From positions 1 to 64,000 of IMG/VR virus record IMGVR_UViG_3300017991_002758: a DNA stretch of 64,000 nucleotides. One strand, written 5' to 3'. Source of the stretch: a virus. Under the pieces are notes generated by a model. It was not told where the DNA came from, ran no database searches, and saw only the letters and a program-made list of their open reading frames with translations. Shown here piece after piece: positions 37,467-49,000 of the stretch (within the stretch, counting starts at the first letter, position 1; every line of letters starts with the position of its first letter). A program made the translations under genes and the position numbers.

Positions 37467-40145
37467 ATGGCCCTCAATCAGTTCGGAGCTGGATTCCTAC
37501 TGCAAGGCCGTGACATGGCCAGCCCGGTAATCAAGCGGGTTGGCGCGTCGTTCATGGGCCTGAATAAGACCGTTCAAACCGGAGCAATGGGCATGGGCAA
37601 AGCTCTGGGCTCGCTTGCAATAGGATTCGGCGCGCTGAAGATCGGGCAGGGCATGATGGGCATGGCCAAGGCCACGGCCGATGCTGCGGGTAAATTCGAG
37701 CAGGGCTTGGCCGGCGTCGCCGCGGTTTCGCGCGCCACGGTCGAAGAGCAGTTGATGCTGCACGACAAGGCCCTGGCATCGGCGATGAAATCCCAATACA
37801 GTCCCGATCAGGCGATTGAAGGCCTCACGAATTTGGCCACCGCCGGCCTGAAAGCCAAAGAGCAGATCGAAGTGCTGGACCCTGTGCTCAACTTGGCCGC
37901 GGGTTCCATGGGACAGCTCGGTCTGGGTGATGCGGCCAACGCCGTCGTCGGTACCGTTAAATCTATGGGGTATGAAGTTGGGCGAGCAACGGAAGTCACT
38001 GACAAGCTGCTGAAAATAACGCAGCTCACCAACTTCCAAACTCGTGATTTTTCAATTGGATTGTCGAGGGCGACGGCAACGGCCAAGATCTACGGACAGT
38101 CGCTAGATGATGCTCTGATCCAGATGGGTCTTTTGCGTAATATGAACATCGAGGCATCGGTAGCATCAACCTCATTGCGCGAGGCCTGGCGTAGACTGGC
38201 CACAGATCAGAAAGGCCAGCAGGCATTACAAAAGCAAGGCGTGCAGGTATTCGACGAGCAAACGAAGAAAGTTCGGCCAATGCTGGATGTGATGAGTGAG
38301 CTCGCGGTGAAGACCAAAGATCTCGACGACAAGGAACGCATGCGCCTGGCTACAGTGGCATTCGGTATTCGAGGAATGGCCGCTTACAATGCCGTGGCCG
38401 AGGCCAGTCAAACAATCATGGTGGACGGAATTGCAGTAAATCTGAAGGGCATCGACGCCATCAATGCCATGAGAATGGAGCTGATGGAGCAAGGCAAAGT
38501 GCTGGACGAAAATACTCAGGCCTCATTGAAAGCCTCGCTTGGCATAGAAGATCTCAGCGCGGTAATGAAATCGTCCACTGGCACAGCCGAAGCGTTCAGG
38601 AAAAAACTGCTCGACACGTACGAAGGTCAGAAGCAATTAATTACCGGCGCGAAGGAGGCCGTGGCAGTAGTAACTGGCGAGGCCGCGGCGAAACTATTCA
38701 AGCCAATCGCCGCCGGCGTCTTTATGGTGCTGTCCAAGCTGGCGGAATTCTTAAATTCAATACCTCCGGAGGCAAGGCAGGTGCTGATTGGCGTCGTGTC
38801 TGCCCTCGGTTCATTAATAGCGATGGCCGGTGGCATCCTTCTCCTACAAGGCGTTATGAACATGCTCGGCCTTTCCTTCGGGGGTATTGCAATAACCCTG
38901 GGCAAGTTCCTTTTGGTGGCGGCGCCGGTGATGGTGTCGATGACCGGGCTCGGCATTGGGATCTATGCGCTGTACCGCGCTTTCAATTCCAATGCACAGG
39001 GCATCGGCCTCAGTTGGAAGGATATGGTCGACCGAATAAAAACCGGCTGGCAAGTGATTACTGCTGTGGTCAAGGGAGAGGATTTCAGCAAGGCACTCAA
39101 GAAAAATATAGAGAAGCTTGGCATGGAAGGTTTCGTCAAGAAGTTCGAGAACTTTTGGGGCCGAATGCAAGCTCTGTGGAAGGGAATAAAACAGGGGTTC
39201 GAAGTAGGCGTAGCGGCATTGGCCGACTCTCCGGCATTTGCTCGTTTGCGGCAGACCATGAGCGGAGTGATCAGCCTGTTCACGGGCACGGAGATGACGG
39301 ACAGTCAAGCTGCTCTCAAGGGCTGGGAGGAACGCGGCAAGGCCGCGGGTATGAAGTTGGCTAGCCTGGGCGAGATCGCAGCCGACGTGCTGAACAAAAT
39401 GATCGAGCTGGGTCAGGGCTTCATGACCTTTATGAAGAACGTAGATGCCTCGGACATCGAATCCGGAATACACAATTTGGTCGACGCTTTCCGTACGCTT
39501 TGGGACATACTGAACGTGGTGAAAACGGCGTTCATGGGCATCTACAATACGGTAAAGCTCGTCGTTTCAGTCGTATGGGAATCCTTCCGCTGGATTATTC
39601 GCCTAATAGAAGCAGTTGGTGACCTTTGGGCATTGCCGGGCTCGAAGCATACTCTGGATGAATGGCGCGACTTTTACAAAGACAAGCTCGTTGGTGGCCA
39701 GGCATTCAACTGGACGACTGCTGCCGCCGGCGACCTGGCCGATACCTTCACCTCGGAAGCTGACAGATTGGCACAGCGCGACGAGAGCGCACGCACCAGG
39801 GGTAACCGCGAAGTACAAGCCCAACAAAGGCTCATCAACCTTGATAGATTGCGCGGCCGGAAGCGCGAGATCGAGGAATGGGTAAACATGTCCGCCGAGA
39901 AATTCCACGAGAAGTACAAGGGAACAGCGGCGGAGGGCAACCTGGCATTCGGCGAGGCGCCGCTTGAAATGCAGCGGCAATTCTTGAAGGAGCTCGAGAA
40001 TGTAAGCAAGTCAATAGAAAAGCTGGCGAAGTCGCCGGTTACGGTAAATATCGATGGAGAGAAAGCGGCGGAGATCCTGGGCAGGCAACCGTCATTCAGC
40101 GGCGAGGATTCGCTGGACGATTCTGCTCCGGTATTTGTGCCGTAA
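37467..40145 (+). CDS. tape measure protein (TP901-type core)
   Basis: YSP.QA.EGL.NLA.AG...VLNLAA; hydrophobic middle; aromatic-spaced helical repeats. Confidence 0.92.
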   Translation: MALNQFGAGFLLQGRDMASPVIKRVGASFMGLNKTVQTGAMGMGKALGSLAIGFGALKIGQGMMGMAKATADAAGKFEQGLAGVAAVSRATVEEQLMLHDKALASAMKSQYSPDQAIEGLTNLATAGLKAKEQIEVLDPVLNLAAGSMGQLGLGDAANAVVGTVKSMGYEVGRATEVTDKLLKITQLTNFQTRDFSIGLSRATATAKIYGQSLDDALIQMGLLRNMNIEASVASTSLREAWRRLATDQKGQQALQKQGVQVFDEQTKKVRPMLDVMSELAVKTKDLDDKERMRLATVAFGIRGMAAYNAVAEASQTIMVDGIAVNLKGIDAINAMRMELMEQGKVLDENTQASLKASLGIEDLSAVMKSSTGTAEAFRKKLLDTYEGQKQLITGAKEAVAVVTGEAAAKLFKPIAAGVFMVLSKLAEFLNSIPPEARQVLIGVVSALGSLIAMAGGILLLQGVMNMLGLSFGGIAITLGKFLLVAAPVMVSMTGLGIGIYALYRAFNSNAQGIGLSWKDMVDRIKTGWQVITAVVKGEDFSKALKKNIEKLGMEGFVKKFENFWGRMQALWKGIKQGFEVGVAALADSPAFARLRQTMSGVISLFTGTEMTDSQAALKGWEERGKAAGMKLASLGEIAADVLNKMIELGQGFMTFMKNVDASDIESGIHNLVDAFRTLWDILNVVKTAFMGIYNTVKLVVSVVWESFRWIIRLIEAVGDLWALPGSKHTLDEWRDFYKDKLVGGQAFNWTTAAAGDLADTFTSEADRLAQRDESARTRGNREVQAQQRLINLDRLRGRKREIEEWVNMSAEKFHEKYKGTAAEGNLAFGEAPLEMQRQFLKELENVSKSIEKLAKSPVTVNIDGEKAAEILGRQPSFSGEDSLDDSAPVFVP

Positions 40146-40160
40146 TAGGAGGAATGTAGA

Positions 40161-40814
40161 GTGCCACCGCAGCAATCAGGAAGTCCTGCAGTAACCTCCG
40201 AGCCCAATCTCGGCGCAAGTGCTGGAGAGCGTCCGGCCGAGGGCGCGCGAGGCTGGGTGAAGAACTTGCTCCTGGAAGAGACTGGCAACCCGGACAACCC
40301 GGATATGATTGGGTTTCCCTTTAGACCCACTACCGTCAGCGTAAATACCGCAGTGAACGACGAGAGCATGGACGTCATTGGCATGAGCCACCAATACGAC
40401 ACTTACGTGAACACCAGCAATGTCATTGTGACTTTTGAGATTTACATGAACGCGCTGATGATGATCAAGGAGGGCATGGCTGAGGGCTACAATAAGGAAG
40501 GCGGCAAAACAGACCTCGTTGCGGCCTCGAATGAGATAGAAAAAGTCAGGAGATTTTTACAGTCCATTTGTTACCCGGGACTGACGTCAGCCGCGATCAT
40601 CGGCAGTCAGCAACCGCCGGTTATTCTGTGCATTCCAGGAATTTGTTGCATTCGTACAAAGCTCAAGCAGCTCGAGGAATTGCATGAGCGATGCGATATA
40701 GATGGCTATCCGGTAGAACTGCGCCTCCGATGCGTGTTCAAGGAAAACCCAATGTCGCGAATAACGATGGAAGACGTTGCGAGCAACGGCCTCTATAGAA
40801 CGTGGGGAGTGTAA
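40161..40814 (+). CDS. tail tube initiator / CIS tube-like protein
   Basis: F.F.PT...QPP..L...G.P....F.E; follows the tape measure gene. Confidence 0.65.
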   Translation: MPPQQSGSPAVTSEPNLGASAGERPAEGARGWVKNLLLEETGNPDNPDMIGFPFRPTTVSVNTAVNDESMDVIGMSHQYDTYVNTSNVIVTFEIYMNALMMIKEGMAEGYNKEGGKTDLVAASNEIEKVRRFLQSICYPGLTSAAIIGSQQPPVILCIPGICCIRTKLKQLEELHERCDIDGYPVELRLRCVFKENPMSRITMEDVASNGLYRTWGV

Positions 40815-41167
40815 TGGCTTCAAGCGAATACAGCAGATACCGATATTGCACGATCTTGGACGCTGGCGATATTGGCGGGACTCCGGGTACCAAGCTGTTG
40901 GATGAACGAGAGCCGTTCCGTTTTCGGGATGAGTCGGACAATCGCTTTCACACGGTCGTCGAAGGCGACACTTGGTGGGGCTTGGCATGGAGGTATTTCC
41001 CGTCATTCCCCAATAAATCATTGCTTTGGTTTATCCTTTGTGAATTTCAGCCCGAGCCTGTGGTGGATCCAACTATCAGGCTGGAAAAAGGTACGCAGAT
41101 AATAATTCCCAGCGAGAGGCTGGTCAGGACGAAGGCGTTCAATAGGGAACAGCGGAAGTTCCACTAG
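40814..41167 (+). CDS. LysM/gpX-like baseplate protein
   Basis: HTVVEGDTWWGLAWRY...LW...DP...L..G..IIIPS. Confidence 0.8.
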   Translation: MASSEYSRYRYCTILDAGDIGGTPGTKLLDEREPFRFRDESDNRFHTVVEGDTWWGLAWRYFPSFPNKSLLWFILCEFQPEPVVDPTIRLEKGTQIIIPSERLVRTKAFNREQRKFH

Positions 41168-41175
41168 GAGATACG

Positions 41176-42561
41176 ATGCCATTTGGCGGAGCACAGGTCA
41201 TCATTCAGCTCATCGACTACGACTCGGGAGATGAGAATTTTTATGGCGACCCAGGCATGATGGCTCAAGCTCTGCAAGAACGGCTGATTATGTTCAAGGT
41301 AATCGACAAAGACAGGGGTAAGGATCGATTGGAAATCTCGCTCAGGAATGACGATTTTAAAATGATCGATTCACCTGTTTTCGCCAAGGGTCAGAAATTG
41401 CTAGTCGCCTGGGGCTGGCCCGGCGAATTGAAACCGCCTCGGCGTTTCGTAGTGCAAAAGGTAAAGGGCTCCAATCCGATAACCGTCGTTGCTCATTGCA
41501 GGCTTTCACTGCTGGATAAAGAGAAAAAGTCGCGATTGTTTGAGAACATGACGGACTCCGAAATAGCAACGCAGGTCTGTGAGGAATATGGTTACTGCGG
41601 AGGGTTTCAGTGGATCCAGAAGACCGACGTGCGGCGCGATGTGAATCAGGGCCGGCGAACGGATGCCCGGTTCCTCAATTGGCTGTCGCGGAGGAACGGA
41701 TTTGTTTTTTACGAGGACGCCAGCGGCATACATTGGCATGAGAGAAATACTGGGATCGATGCCGCGTACTGGTACATCTATCGCCAAGATCCTGGCCGTG
41801 GAGATGTACTCAGCGAGCCACGGTTCGACATAGATATGAGCCGTGGCATTTCCAAGGTACAGGTGATGTTCCGCGATCCGCGGACAAAGGAATACGGCGA
41901 GGTTTACGGAGGCCCTGACGATACAGAGATAAACTCCCTGGGCGAAGAAGATGAAATGGGGAATCCTGACGATTCCAATCAGGGTAAACGCGCCGACCGT
42001 GTCACGCGAATTGATACGCGATACGAAGGTGTCATCACCAGGGAGGAAGCTCAGTCAATAGCCAATGCCCGGTACAGAATTACAGCGGAAAAGAAATACA
42101 AAATGACCGTTCAGGTCATAGGCAACAAGGTAGTTGGTGCGAAGACGATAGTTGGTTGGGCTGGCATCAGTGATGTGCTCGACGGCCTTTATTACGTCAA
42201 GGAATGCGAAGATATTATCGCCGGCGGCAAATTCGTTCAGAACCTCAAATGCCAAAAGAACGCGCTGAATAAAATCAAAACAGCGAAAAAGGCCAGGCTG
42301 GGAACAAAGGAGAAAAAGAACCCGGCGGTCGGCGCAGACGTTCCGGTGGAGAACATTCCGAAGTTGGTTCAAACTCTGACGTGGACCACCGACCCGGCCG
42401 GCAATGTAATCCCGGCGTACACATTGGTCGATGAGGCTGGCTACTCGCCCGGCGCACTCACGACCTTGAACCAGGATGAAATTGATGCATTAAATGATCA
42501 GCAACTAGAGGCGCTTTACCAGGCCGGCTCGCAATCGGCCGAGCCGGATTCGGCAACGTAG
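41176..42561 (+). CDS. baseplate hub (gpD/late control-like)
   Basis: F.NMTDSEIA...YG...Q...TD..FL..L..RNGF; G.YYV. Confidence 0.82.
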   Translation: MPFGGAQVIIQLIDYDSGDENFYGDPGMMAQALQERLIMFKVIDKDRGKDRLEISLRNDDFKMIDSPVFAKGQKLLVAWGWPGELKPPRRFVVQKVKGSNPITVVAHCRLSLLDKEKKSRLFENMTDSEIATQVCEEYGYCGGFQWIQKTDVRRDVNQGRRTDARFLNWLSRRNGFVFYEDASGIHWHERNTGIDAAYWYIYRQDPGRGDVLSEPRFDIDMSRGISKVQVMFRDPRTKEYGEVYGGPDDTEINSLGEEDEMGNPDDSNQGKRADRVTRIDTRYEGVITREEAQSIANARYRITAEKKYKMTVQVIGNKVVGAKTIVGWAGISDVLDGLYYVKECEDIIAGGKFVQNLKCQKNALNKIKTAKKARLGTKEKKNPAVGADVPVENIPKLVQTLTWTTDPAGNVIPAYTLVDEAGYSPGALTTLNQDEIDALNDQQLEALYQAGSQSAEPDSAT

Positions 42562-42569
42562 GAGATACG

Positions 42570-43184
42570 ATGGGCGGAGGAACAGGATTTGAAGGTGATG
42601 ATCATGGCGGCCAAAAGTACCACGGCCTGTACATGGGCAGTGTGGTCGACCGCAATGATCCCAATGGTGACGGCCGGGTGCGAGTGAAAATACCCGGCCT
42701 CATCGACGACAAGTCCGCCTGGGCCAGGCCCAAGGGCATGGGCTACACCTTGTGGGGAATGATCAGGGTTCCTCCGCAGGATGCCGATGTGTACGTTCAG
42801 TTCATCAATGGAGAGCTGGACCAGCCGGTTTATGAGCCGGCCGACGCCGGTACTCGAGGACCGGATGGCGAGCGGGAGATGTTCAAGGAATTTGAAGATC
42901 CGGACGTCATCGTCGCCGGCTTCGGTCCATTTCGCCTGGTAATAGACCTGAGGGAGGACGAGGAGGCCGGAGTCAAGCCCACGTGTAGGCTTAAACAGAT
43001 CGCTACAGTAAACGGCGAGGAAACCGATGTCGCGTGGTTCCAGTTGGGCGAGAATTCGGCTCAGATATACGCAGATTCAGCGGTGCAGGCCAAAGCCGGC
43101 GCGATGCTGGACCTGGACAGCGATGGAGACGTCCAGGTGAAGCGGCGCAAGGTTATGCCCTCGAGCAAACCGCTGTCAGGATAG
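42570..43184 (+). CDS. baseplate spike (gpV/Vgr OB-fold)
   Basis: G.Y.G.VVD.NDP...GRVRV.IP...WA.P...P..D..VYVQF..G..D.PVY. Confidence 0.88.
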   Translation: MGGGTGFEGDDHGGQKYHGLYMGSVVDRNDPNGDGRVRVKIPGLIDDKSAWARPKGMGYTLWGMIRVPPQDADVYVQFINGELDQPVYEPADAGTRGPDGEREMFKEFEDPDVIVAGFGPFRLVIDLREDEEAGVKPTCRLKQIATVNGEETDVAWFQLGENSAQIYADSAVQAKAGAMLDLDSDGDVQVKRRKVMPSSKPLSG

Positions 43185-43292
43185 AGGCGCAACAGGAGGC
43201 TGCTCAGGGCCTCATGGATTTGGCCCGGCCCAGGGCTTGACCCGGCCGGGAAACAGGAGAGAGGGGACGGCCTGTGCGTCCCTGGAGGTGAA

Positions 43293-44069
43293 ATGGCATT
43301 CCCACCCGAAGACCTTTGTATACCGCTGCCGGATATACCGTCGCTGGATGATATTTGCTTCCCGGGAGGGTTCTGTCTGAGCTACATTTGGGACGCCATC
43401 GATAAGATCCCTCACATGGCCGATGTGAGCCTCGACTTTTTTAGCCAGATCGGGCCGGCCATGGCTCCTCTGCAACCGCTGTTCAATATCCTCGACACGG
43501 TACTCGCTATTTACCGCTGCGTTGCCGCCATTCCCGATGTGATAACCAGCCTCGATCCCAGCGAGCTGCTGAATTGCCTTCCGGCGCTCGCCGCGCTCAT
43601 CGACAAGCTCCTGAAACTGATTCCGCAACTATCTATACCCAAGATGATTATCGCGGCGCTGAAGAACCTGGCGACGCTTCTCAGGGCAATCGCCGCGGAT
43701 CTGGAATACATCAAGAGTCAGATACAGCGAATTGCGGACATGATTGACCGCGGCGCCGAGCTCAATGACGTAAAAATGAATGGGTTCTTGGTTTGTGCCC
43801 AGGACACTGTCGAAGGCAGCGTGATGTCAACGGCCGAGGCGCTCAGGGGAATAGGCCGGATTGTGCTGCTGATCAATATCTTCATCGGCATGTTTGGAGG
43901 CCAGGAGATACCGTGCTTCGGAACCCTGTTCTCAGAGCATCTCGCTGACGGCCTGGACGTCATCATCGATTTGCTGTTGGCGATTGCAGAGGTGATTTGG
44001 GAAATAGCGTCGGCGATACCAGATCCGGATTTGGTCCTGACTCTTTTGTTGGGAGACACGAAGTGCTAG
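43293..44069 (+). CDS. hydrophobic helical hypothetical protein in the baseplate module
   Basis: GGAGGTG RBS; Leu/Ile-rich amphipathic helices. Confidence 0.65.
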   Translation: MAFPPEDLCIPLPDIPSLDDICFPGGFCLSYIWDAIDKIPHMADVSLDFFSQIGPAMAPLQPLFNILDTVLAIYRCVAAIPDVITSLDPSELLNCLPALAALIDKLLKLIPQLSIPKMIIAALKNLATLLRAIAADLEYIKSQIQRIADMIDRGAELNDVKMNGFLVCAQDTVEGSVMSTAEALRGIGRIVLLINIFIGMFGGQEIPCFGTLFSEHLADGLDVIIDLLLAIAEVIWEIASAIPDPDLVLTLLLGDTKC

Positions 44070-44081
44070 GATGGAGATGAT

Positions 44082-44495
44082 ATGGTTCAATTAAAAGAAC
44101 AGTTCGGCAAAGGTATTGTCACGCCATTCCAGCGAGACGGTAAAGGCGATTTTGCCAACGACTCTGGCATGCGACTCCTGAAGGACGACATTGGCGAGTT
44201 GCTTGGCATTATTGGTCCGACACCGACCAAGCCGGGTGAGCTCCCGTGGGATCCAGATAGAGGCAGCGCAATTCGCTCCTTGCGCCACCGTCGCATGCAC
44301 TTGGACATGACGAAGGCCCTGGCCGAGCAATACACTGCGCGCACAGTCAGGATTTACGAGAAACGTGTGATTGTAGGACCGGCGAAGGTGACCGTGGAAG
44401 ACGACAATAAATTGCGGGTCGATTTCGGTTTTTATCCGAAGGGAACCCAAACCGGCGAGATGGAAACCGTGCCGGTCTACCCGGAGGATCTGTAA
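44082..44495 (+). CDS. baseplate wedge gp25/GpW-like
   Basis: PGELPW.P..GS....L...YEKRV. Confidence 0.8.
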   Translation: MVQLKEQFGKGIVTPFQRDGKGDFANDSGMRLLKDDIGELLGIIGPTPTKPGELPWDPDRGSAIRSLRHRRMHLDMTKALAEQYTARTVRIYEKRVIVGPAKVTVEDDNKLRVDFGFYPKGTQTGEMETVPVYPEDL

Positions 44496-46027
44496 TGACT
44501 CAAATTCTTCCGACTAGTTACGATTACACGGACAAAGATTTCCTTGCCATCAGGGAACGGGTTTTCGATTTAATTCGCTCAGTATTTCCCGATTGGAGCG
44601 ACGAAGCCGTTGCGAACTTCGGCAATGTGCTGGTCGAATCGTTCAGTTGGATACTAGAGGTTCTGACATTTTATCAGGATCAGCAGGCCAGGGAAGGGCG
44701 CATCGCATTTGTACAGCTTCGGCGGAATATGATCGCTCTGGCAAAGCTGGTGGGCTACGAGCTGGCATCGGCTGAGGCCGCAACCGCCGATGTTACATTG
44801 ACCATCTCCAATGCTTCCGCACTTGTTGGCACGGTGACGCCGGCGGCGACTCCTGTTGTGGTGCAAACCCAGGAGGTAACTGATCCGATAAAAGGCGAAT
44901 TGCAGGGCACCGTTTCTTTTGACCTTTCCGCCGGCGAGACTTCCAAGGATTTCACCTGGGAGCATTCACAGACTCAGACTCCGTACGTGCAGGCTTCGAA
45001 CAATCGAGCAGACCAGGAGATAAACCTCCCGTTTGGCCCATTCCTCGACCGCAGCGAGCAACCTTCAACGCCAACCCAGGGAGATTTCACGAGGGTTGAT
45101 TCTTTCTTTAATAGCGGACCCACTGATTGCCATTACCGCGTACAGATTGATCAGAACGACAAGGCCACTGTCATCTTCGGCGACGGCAAGAACGGCGCAA
45201 TACCAGTGGGAAATATCACCACCACGTACAAAACTGGTGGAGGGATCTTTGGCAATGTCGAGCCCAATTCCCTGGTGAAGGTAGTTGGGAAATTCGTCGA
45301 CTCCGTTGGCACCGAGGCGTACATCACAGCAACGAACGCCAACGCCGCAGCAGGTGGCGTTCCACGCGAGGAGGTGGACGCTGCTCGAGTAAACGTGCCG
45401 GAGTCAACCCGTGTGCTTAACAGAACCGTGGCCCGAGAGGACTTCGAGATCAATGCCAAGCGAGTAGCCGGAGTCGGCCGCGCTCTGATGCTGACGTCCA
45501 ACGAGGACACCGTCATTGGCGAGAATAGGGGCAAGTTGTTCATCGTGCCATCGACCGGCGGAGTGCCGAGCTCGGCGTTGCTCCAGGCCGTGCGCGACAT
45601 CCTGACATTGCCGCCACCGGACGGTTATCCGCACACGCTGACCTTTCAACTGGAAGTATTGGCCGCGGTTTACAGGAACGTCGATGTGAACTGCACCATT
45701 TGGCTCAAGGAGGGCTACCTGCCCAGCGCGGTAAAGCAATCGATCTCCAACAACTTGGCCGACTACTTCGAGCCCATGCTCGCAAGCGGCGCGCCAAATC
45801 CCAATGTGGACTTCGGGTACTACTACAAGGATTCCGAAGGCAACCCGGCCGGCGAGATTCCCTGGTCGGACATCTTTGATATAATTCGCGATACGACCGG
45901 CGTCAGAAAGCTCGAACATACCATGCAACTGAACGGCGTAACTGACGACGTGCAGATAAACAACTGGGAATTTCCAGCGATGGGCCTGCTCACGGTAATA
46001 AACGGCGCAACGGCCGGAGCTATTTAG
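44495..46027 (+). CDS. baseplate J/gp6-like wedge protein
   Basis: DYTDKDF..IR...PDWSD...N.G..L.E; FGDG.NG.IP; Y..GGG..GNV; R.V..EDFE. Confidence 0.92.
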   Translation: MTQILPTSYDYTDKDFLAIRERVFDLIRSVFPDWSDEAVANFGNVLVESFSWILEVLTFYQDQQAREGRIAFVQLRRNMIALAKLVGYELASAEAATADVTLTISNASALVGTVTPAATPVVVQTQEVTDPIKGELQGTVSFDLSAGETSKDFTWEHSQTQTPYVQASNNRADQEINLPFGPFLDRSEQPSTPTQGDFTRVDSFFNSGPTDCHYRVQIDQNDKATVIFGDGKNGAIPVGNITTTYKTGGGIFGNVEPNSLVKVVGKFVDSVGTEAYITATNANAAAGGVPREEVDAARVNVPESTRVLNRTVAREDFEINAKRVAGVGRALMLTSNEDTVIGENRGKLFIVPSTGGVPSSALLQAVRDILTLPPPDGYPHTLTFQLEVLAAVYRNVDVNCTIWLKEGYLPSAVKQSISNNLADYFEPMLASGAPNPNVDFGYYYKDSEGNPAGEIPWSDIFDIIRDTTGVRKLEHTMQLNGVTDDVQINNWEFPAMGLLTVINGATAGAI

Positions 46028-46036
46028 GAGGCAGCC

Positions 46037-49000
46037 TTGGCGAAGGCGTACAACAAATGGGACCCGGGAGCCAATGCGAGCCTGGTAATCCCTCCATCGG
46101 AAGGACCGCTGGTAATAAGCGGTGGCGATTCGCGCTGGCCTCTGTTGGTTCGCAATGAAATCGAACCGGCGCTTTATCGCAACGATGATTGGATTGGATT
46201 CCAGCAGGAGCTTCTCTTCGAGGATGGCGCGGCGCCGGCGACAGGCGCAAGGGTCAGGGGATTCCAATACATGCCGGCCAATGTCTCCTTCACATGGTTA
46301 GATCCCGTCAATGGCGAGCCCAGGCCGGACGATTCCGCTGACGGTTGGTGGAGTCGCTTTTACCGATATGTGAACATGGGCTTTAGGATGCCATTGCGCG
46401 GCCTGATAGGTTCCGTTGTCGACGGCGTGCTGAACGTGGACTTCCAGGTGAAATGGGGAGATCCCGTGACACGGGCAGTGGCCGCTACTCGAGGAGCATG
46501 GACCGGAGCGTTGCTTGCGGTATTGAATGGCGAGTCGGCCGAGGCGGATTTCCTTGCCTATGCATTGCATGGAAAACGCCAAGGCGATGCCTCGTGGGAG
46601 CACAGGGGAAGTCTGGTGGATGCGCCAATAGCAGGGTACACGCCGGCGACAGTTACCGACACTCCCTGGGATGGAGTTTCTGAGGGCCAAGTTCGAGTGC
46701 TCATAACTGGCGGACCTTCGACATGGGAAGTGAAGACGCAATACTGGGATACTGGCATACCGGACTGGAAAGATCTTTCCAGTAATGTGGTCGATCTCAA
46801 GCAATACGCTGTTCCCGGCCATGAAGATCTGTTCGCTCTCATGGGATTTTTATTTCACGGGGCAACGAAAGTTTTCCCCGGCTCAATGCCGGCAGATCCT
46901 CCTGTGCAGGACACGTACTTTCAGGAGGTTTCTATTTCGCAATTCACGCCGTTCGTGCTCGACGTCGCCGATTGGTCGCTGCGTGAGCGCCAAGAGAAAC
47001 TGTGGCAACCGGATTGGTGGCTGGCTCCGCTGGAAACCAAGACGCCGGCGCTCGACATCATCACCTGGCCCGAGGGATCTGAAAAAGGGCCAACGACTCT
47101 GCGCGAATTCGACACCGACGAAGAGCTATGGGGAGTGCGCTGTGCACCAACCACGGAATTGCTGATGACTTCCATTCACGAGCGCAAATTCCTGGCCGAG
47201 GAAAACACCGAATGGAAGTATATGATCCCAACCTGGCTTGCCGACAACGAAGCTCCCAATGGAGCCGATCTGCCATTCGCCTATGTTGGGCGCTACAAGT
47301 TGAGCGACCTGGCGTCATGGACAGGCGAGCGCACGCTGGCTTCGTTTGGGTATGCCGGGTGGCGAGCAACGCCGGCGGCGACCGAGGCCGGCCTGGGCTT
47401 GACGTGGCGGCCGGACAATGGCGGAGAGCTCGTCTTGCGGTATTGGGATTGGTCTGCTCCGGATTGGTTGACACTCGTAGCCCCATTAAAGGCTGAGGAC
47501 TACGACGGCCGCATGGTCAGCATTGGCTTCGCCTGGAGCGGTTCACCACCTGTTCCGACGGAAGAACTGATACTGCCGCGCCAGCAGTTGAGAATCGTTG
47601 TCGATGGAATAACGGTAGCGACCGCAGACGATTGCGTCGTGTGTTTCACTGGAGGCTGGTACTCATCCATAGGATCTGGTGACACTTCGGCGCGCGAAAC
47701 CTTTGAAGGTCTGTGGTTTGGCGGAGTAACTTTCATTGAACAGGTAACTGACACCGATCTGTTGAATGCGTTCGACACCGACGACGAAACGGTATTTGAT
47801 AACCCGTCTTTTGAGGTGGCAGATCCCGGCGGCCGGCCCGGTGAAGCGGACAAGTGGACATGGAATTCATTTCAATCGCAGGGAGGCTGGGCTGATTTCA
47901 GCGCATACCGCCAGGATCTCGCGCCATACAGATATGGCCGCGAAGGTTTCGAGGGTGGCTGGCTCGTTGGGTATTCATGGGAATACGCCGATGAAACAGC
48001 ACGGTTGGCGGCAACGGGATTCACTGAAGACGACGTTGGGCGAATGGCCTGGCAAGTTGACATCAACAAGAACTTCATCTTAACGAATTACTCGCCAATC
48101 ACATGGGTAGAATCCGAGGCCGGCGAGAACCAGGGTGCGGTTTTCAATCTCGAAGACGCCGAAATATCGGCCGGAGTATTCAACGCAGGCATACCCAACT
48201 TCGAGAGTACGATGGAGATCTTCGCCATTTGGGGTCGCACCTGGGATGCAATGACCTGGAGCGGCGCTCCGTGGTTGGATTCGTACAATCTAATCGCTCC
48301 GTGCAATGACGTCCTCGGCCCATACTCTGGGCCCACTGGCTTCGATGGCTGGTACGATTACCTGTACGCTACCAACGATGATCCGCTGTGCGTTGAATCG
48401 TTCGACGAGGCATGGGGTAACGATCCACTCTCGACCGCCGGCGGACAGACTTGGATTCCCGTAACGGCACCAGGCGCGAAGTTGAGCGGCACGGCCATCA
48501 ACTTTCCCCTGGAGATCGCTCCGAATAAAAACAAACTGGTTCTAACTTCGGATCTTTTTGGCGCTGTTTTCTTTTCCTTACCCACCCTGGAATATGCCGA
48601 CATCGCTTCGTTGGTCAGCGATTTGAATGCCGAGCTTTCAACGCATATCCCGGTCGCGGCTGGCTTGACTTTTGGTTATTGGCAAAAGAACGGCGAACAG
48701 GGATTGACCTTCGGGTGGGATGGCGCAACCTTCAGTGCGCTGTGGGTTGCTTTCGCGGTGCTGGAATCAGAGGCTACAACCGATCTCAGAGAACCGCTTG
48801 GACTTTCATCGTTCAGTCCGGGTGGCAATTATACCGGCGTTGGAATACCTGTTTGGTCTTACCCTTCGCCACCGTCAGGCATTGATCCTGACGACCGAGT
48901 ACTGATGGACTCCTGGTCATACATGGAATTTTTCATAACCGTGGATTCAGTGCTCGGAATAATTCCCATTGAGTACAGCATGGTAGGGGCGGTATTCGAT

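Noticed and set aside
33582-46027. Extracellular contractile injection system or tailocin
   Set aside because: Tail genes resemble eCIS components, but terminase, portal, protease and capsid genes are present, so this is a complete phage morphogenesis module
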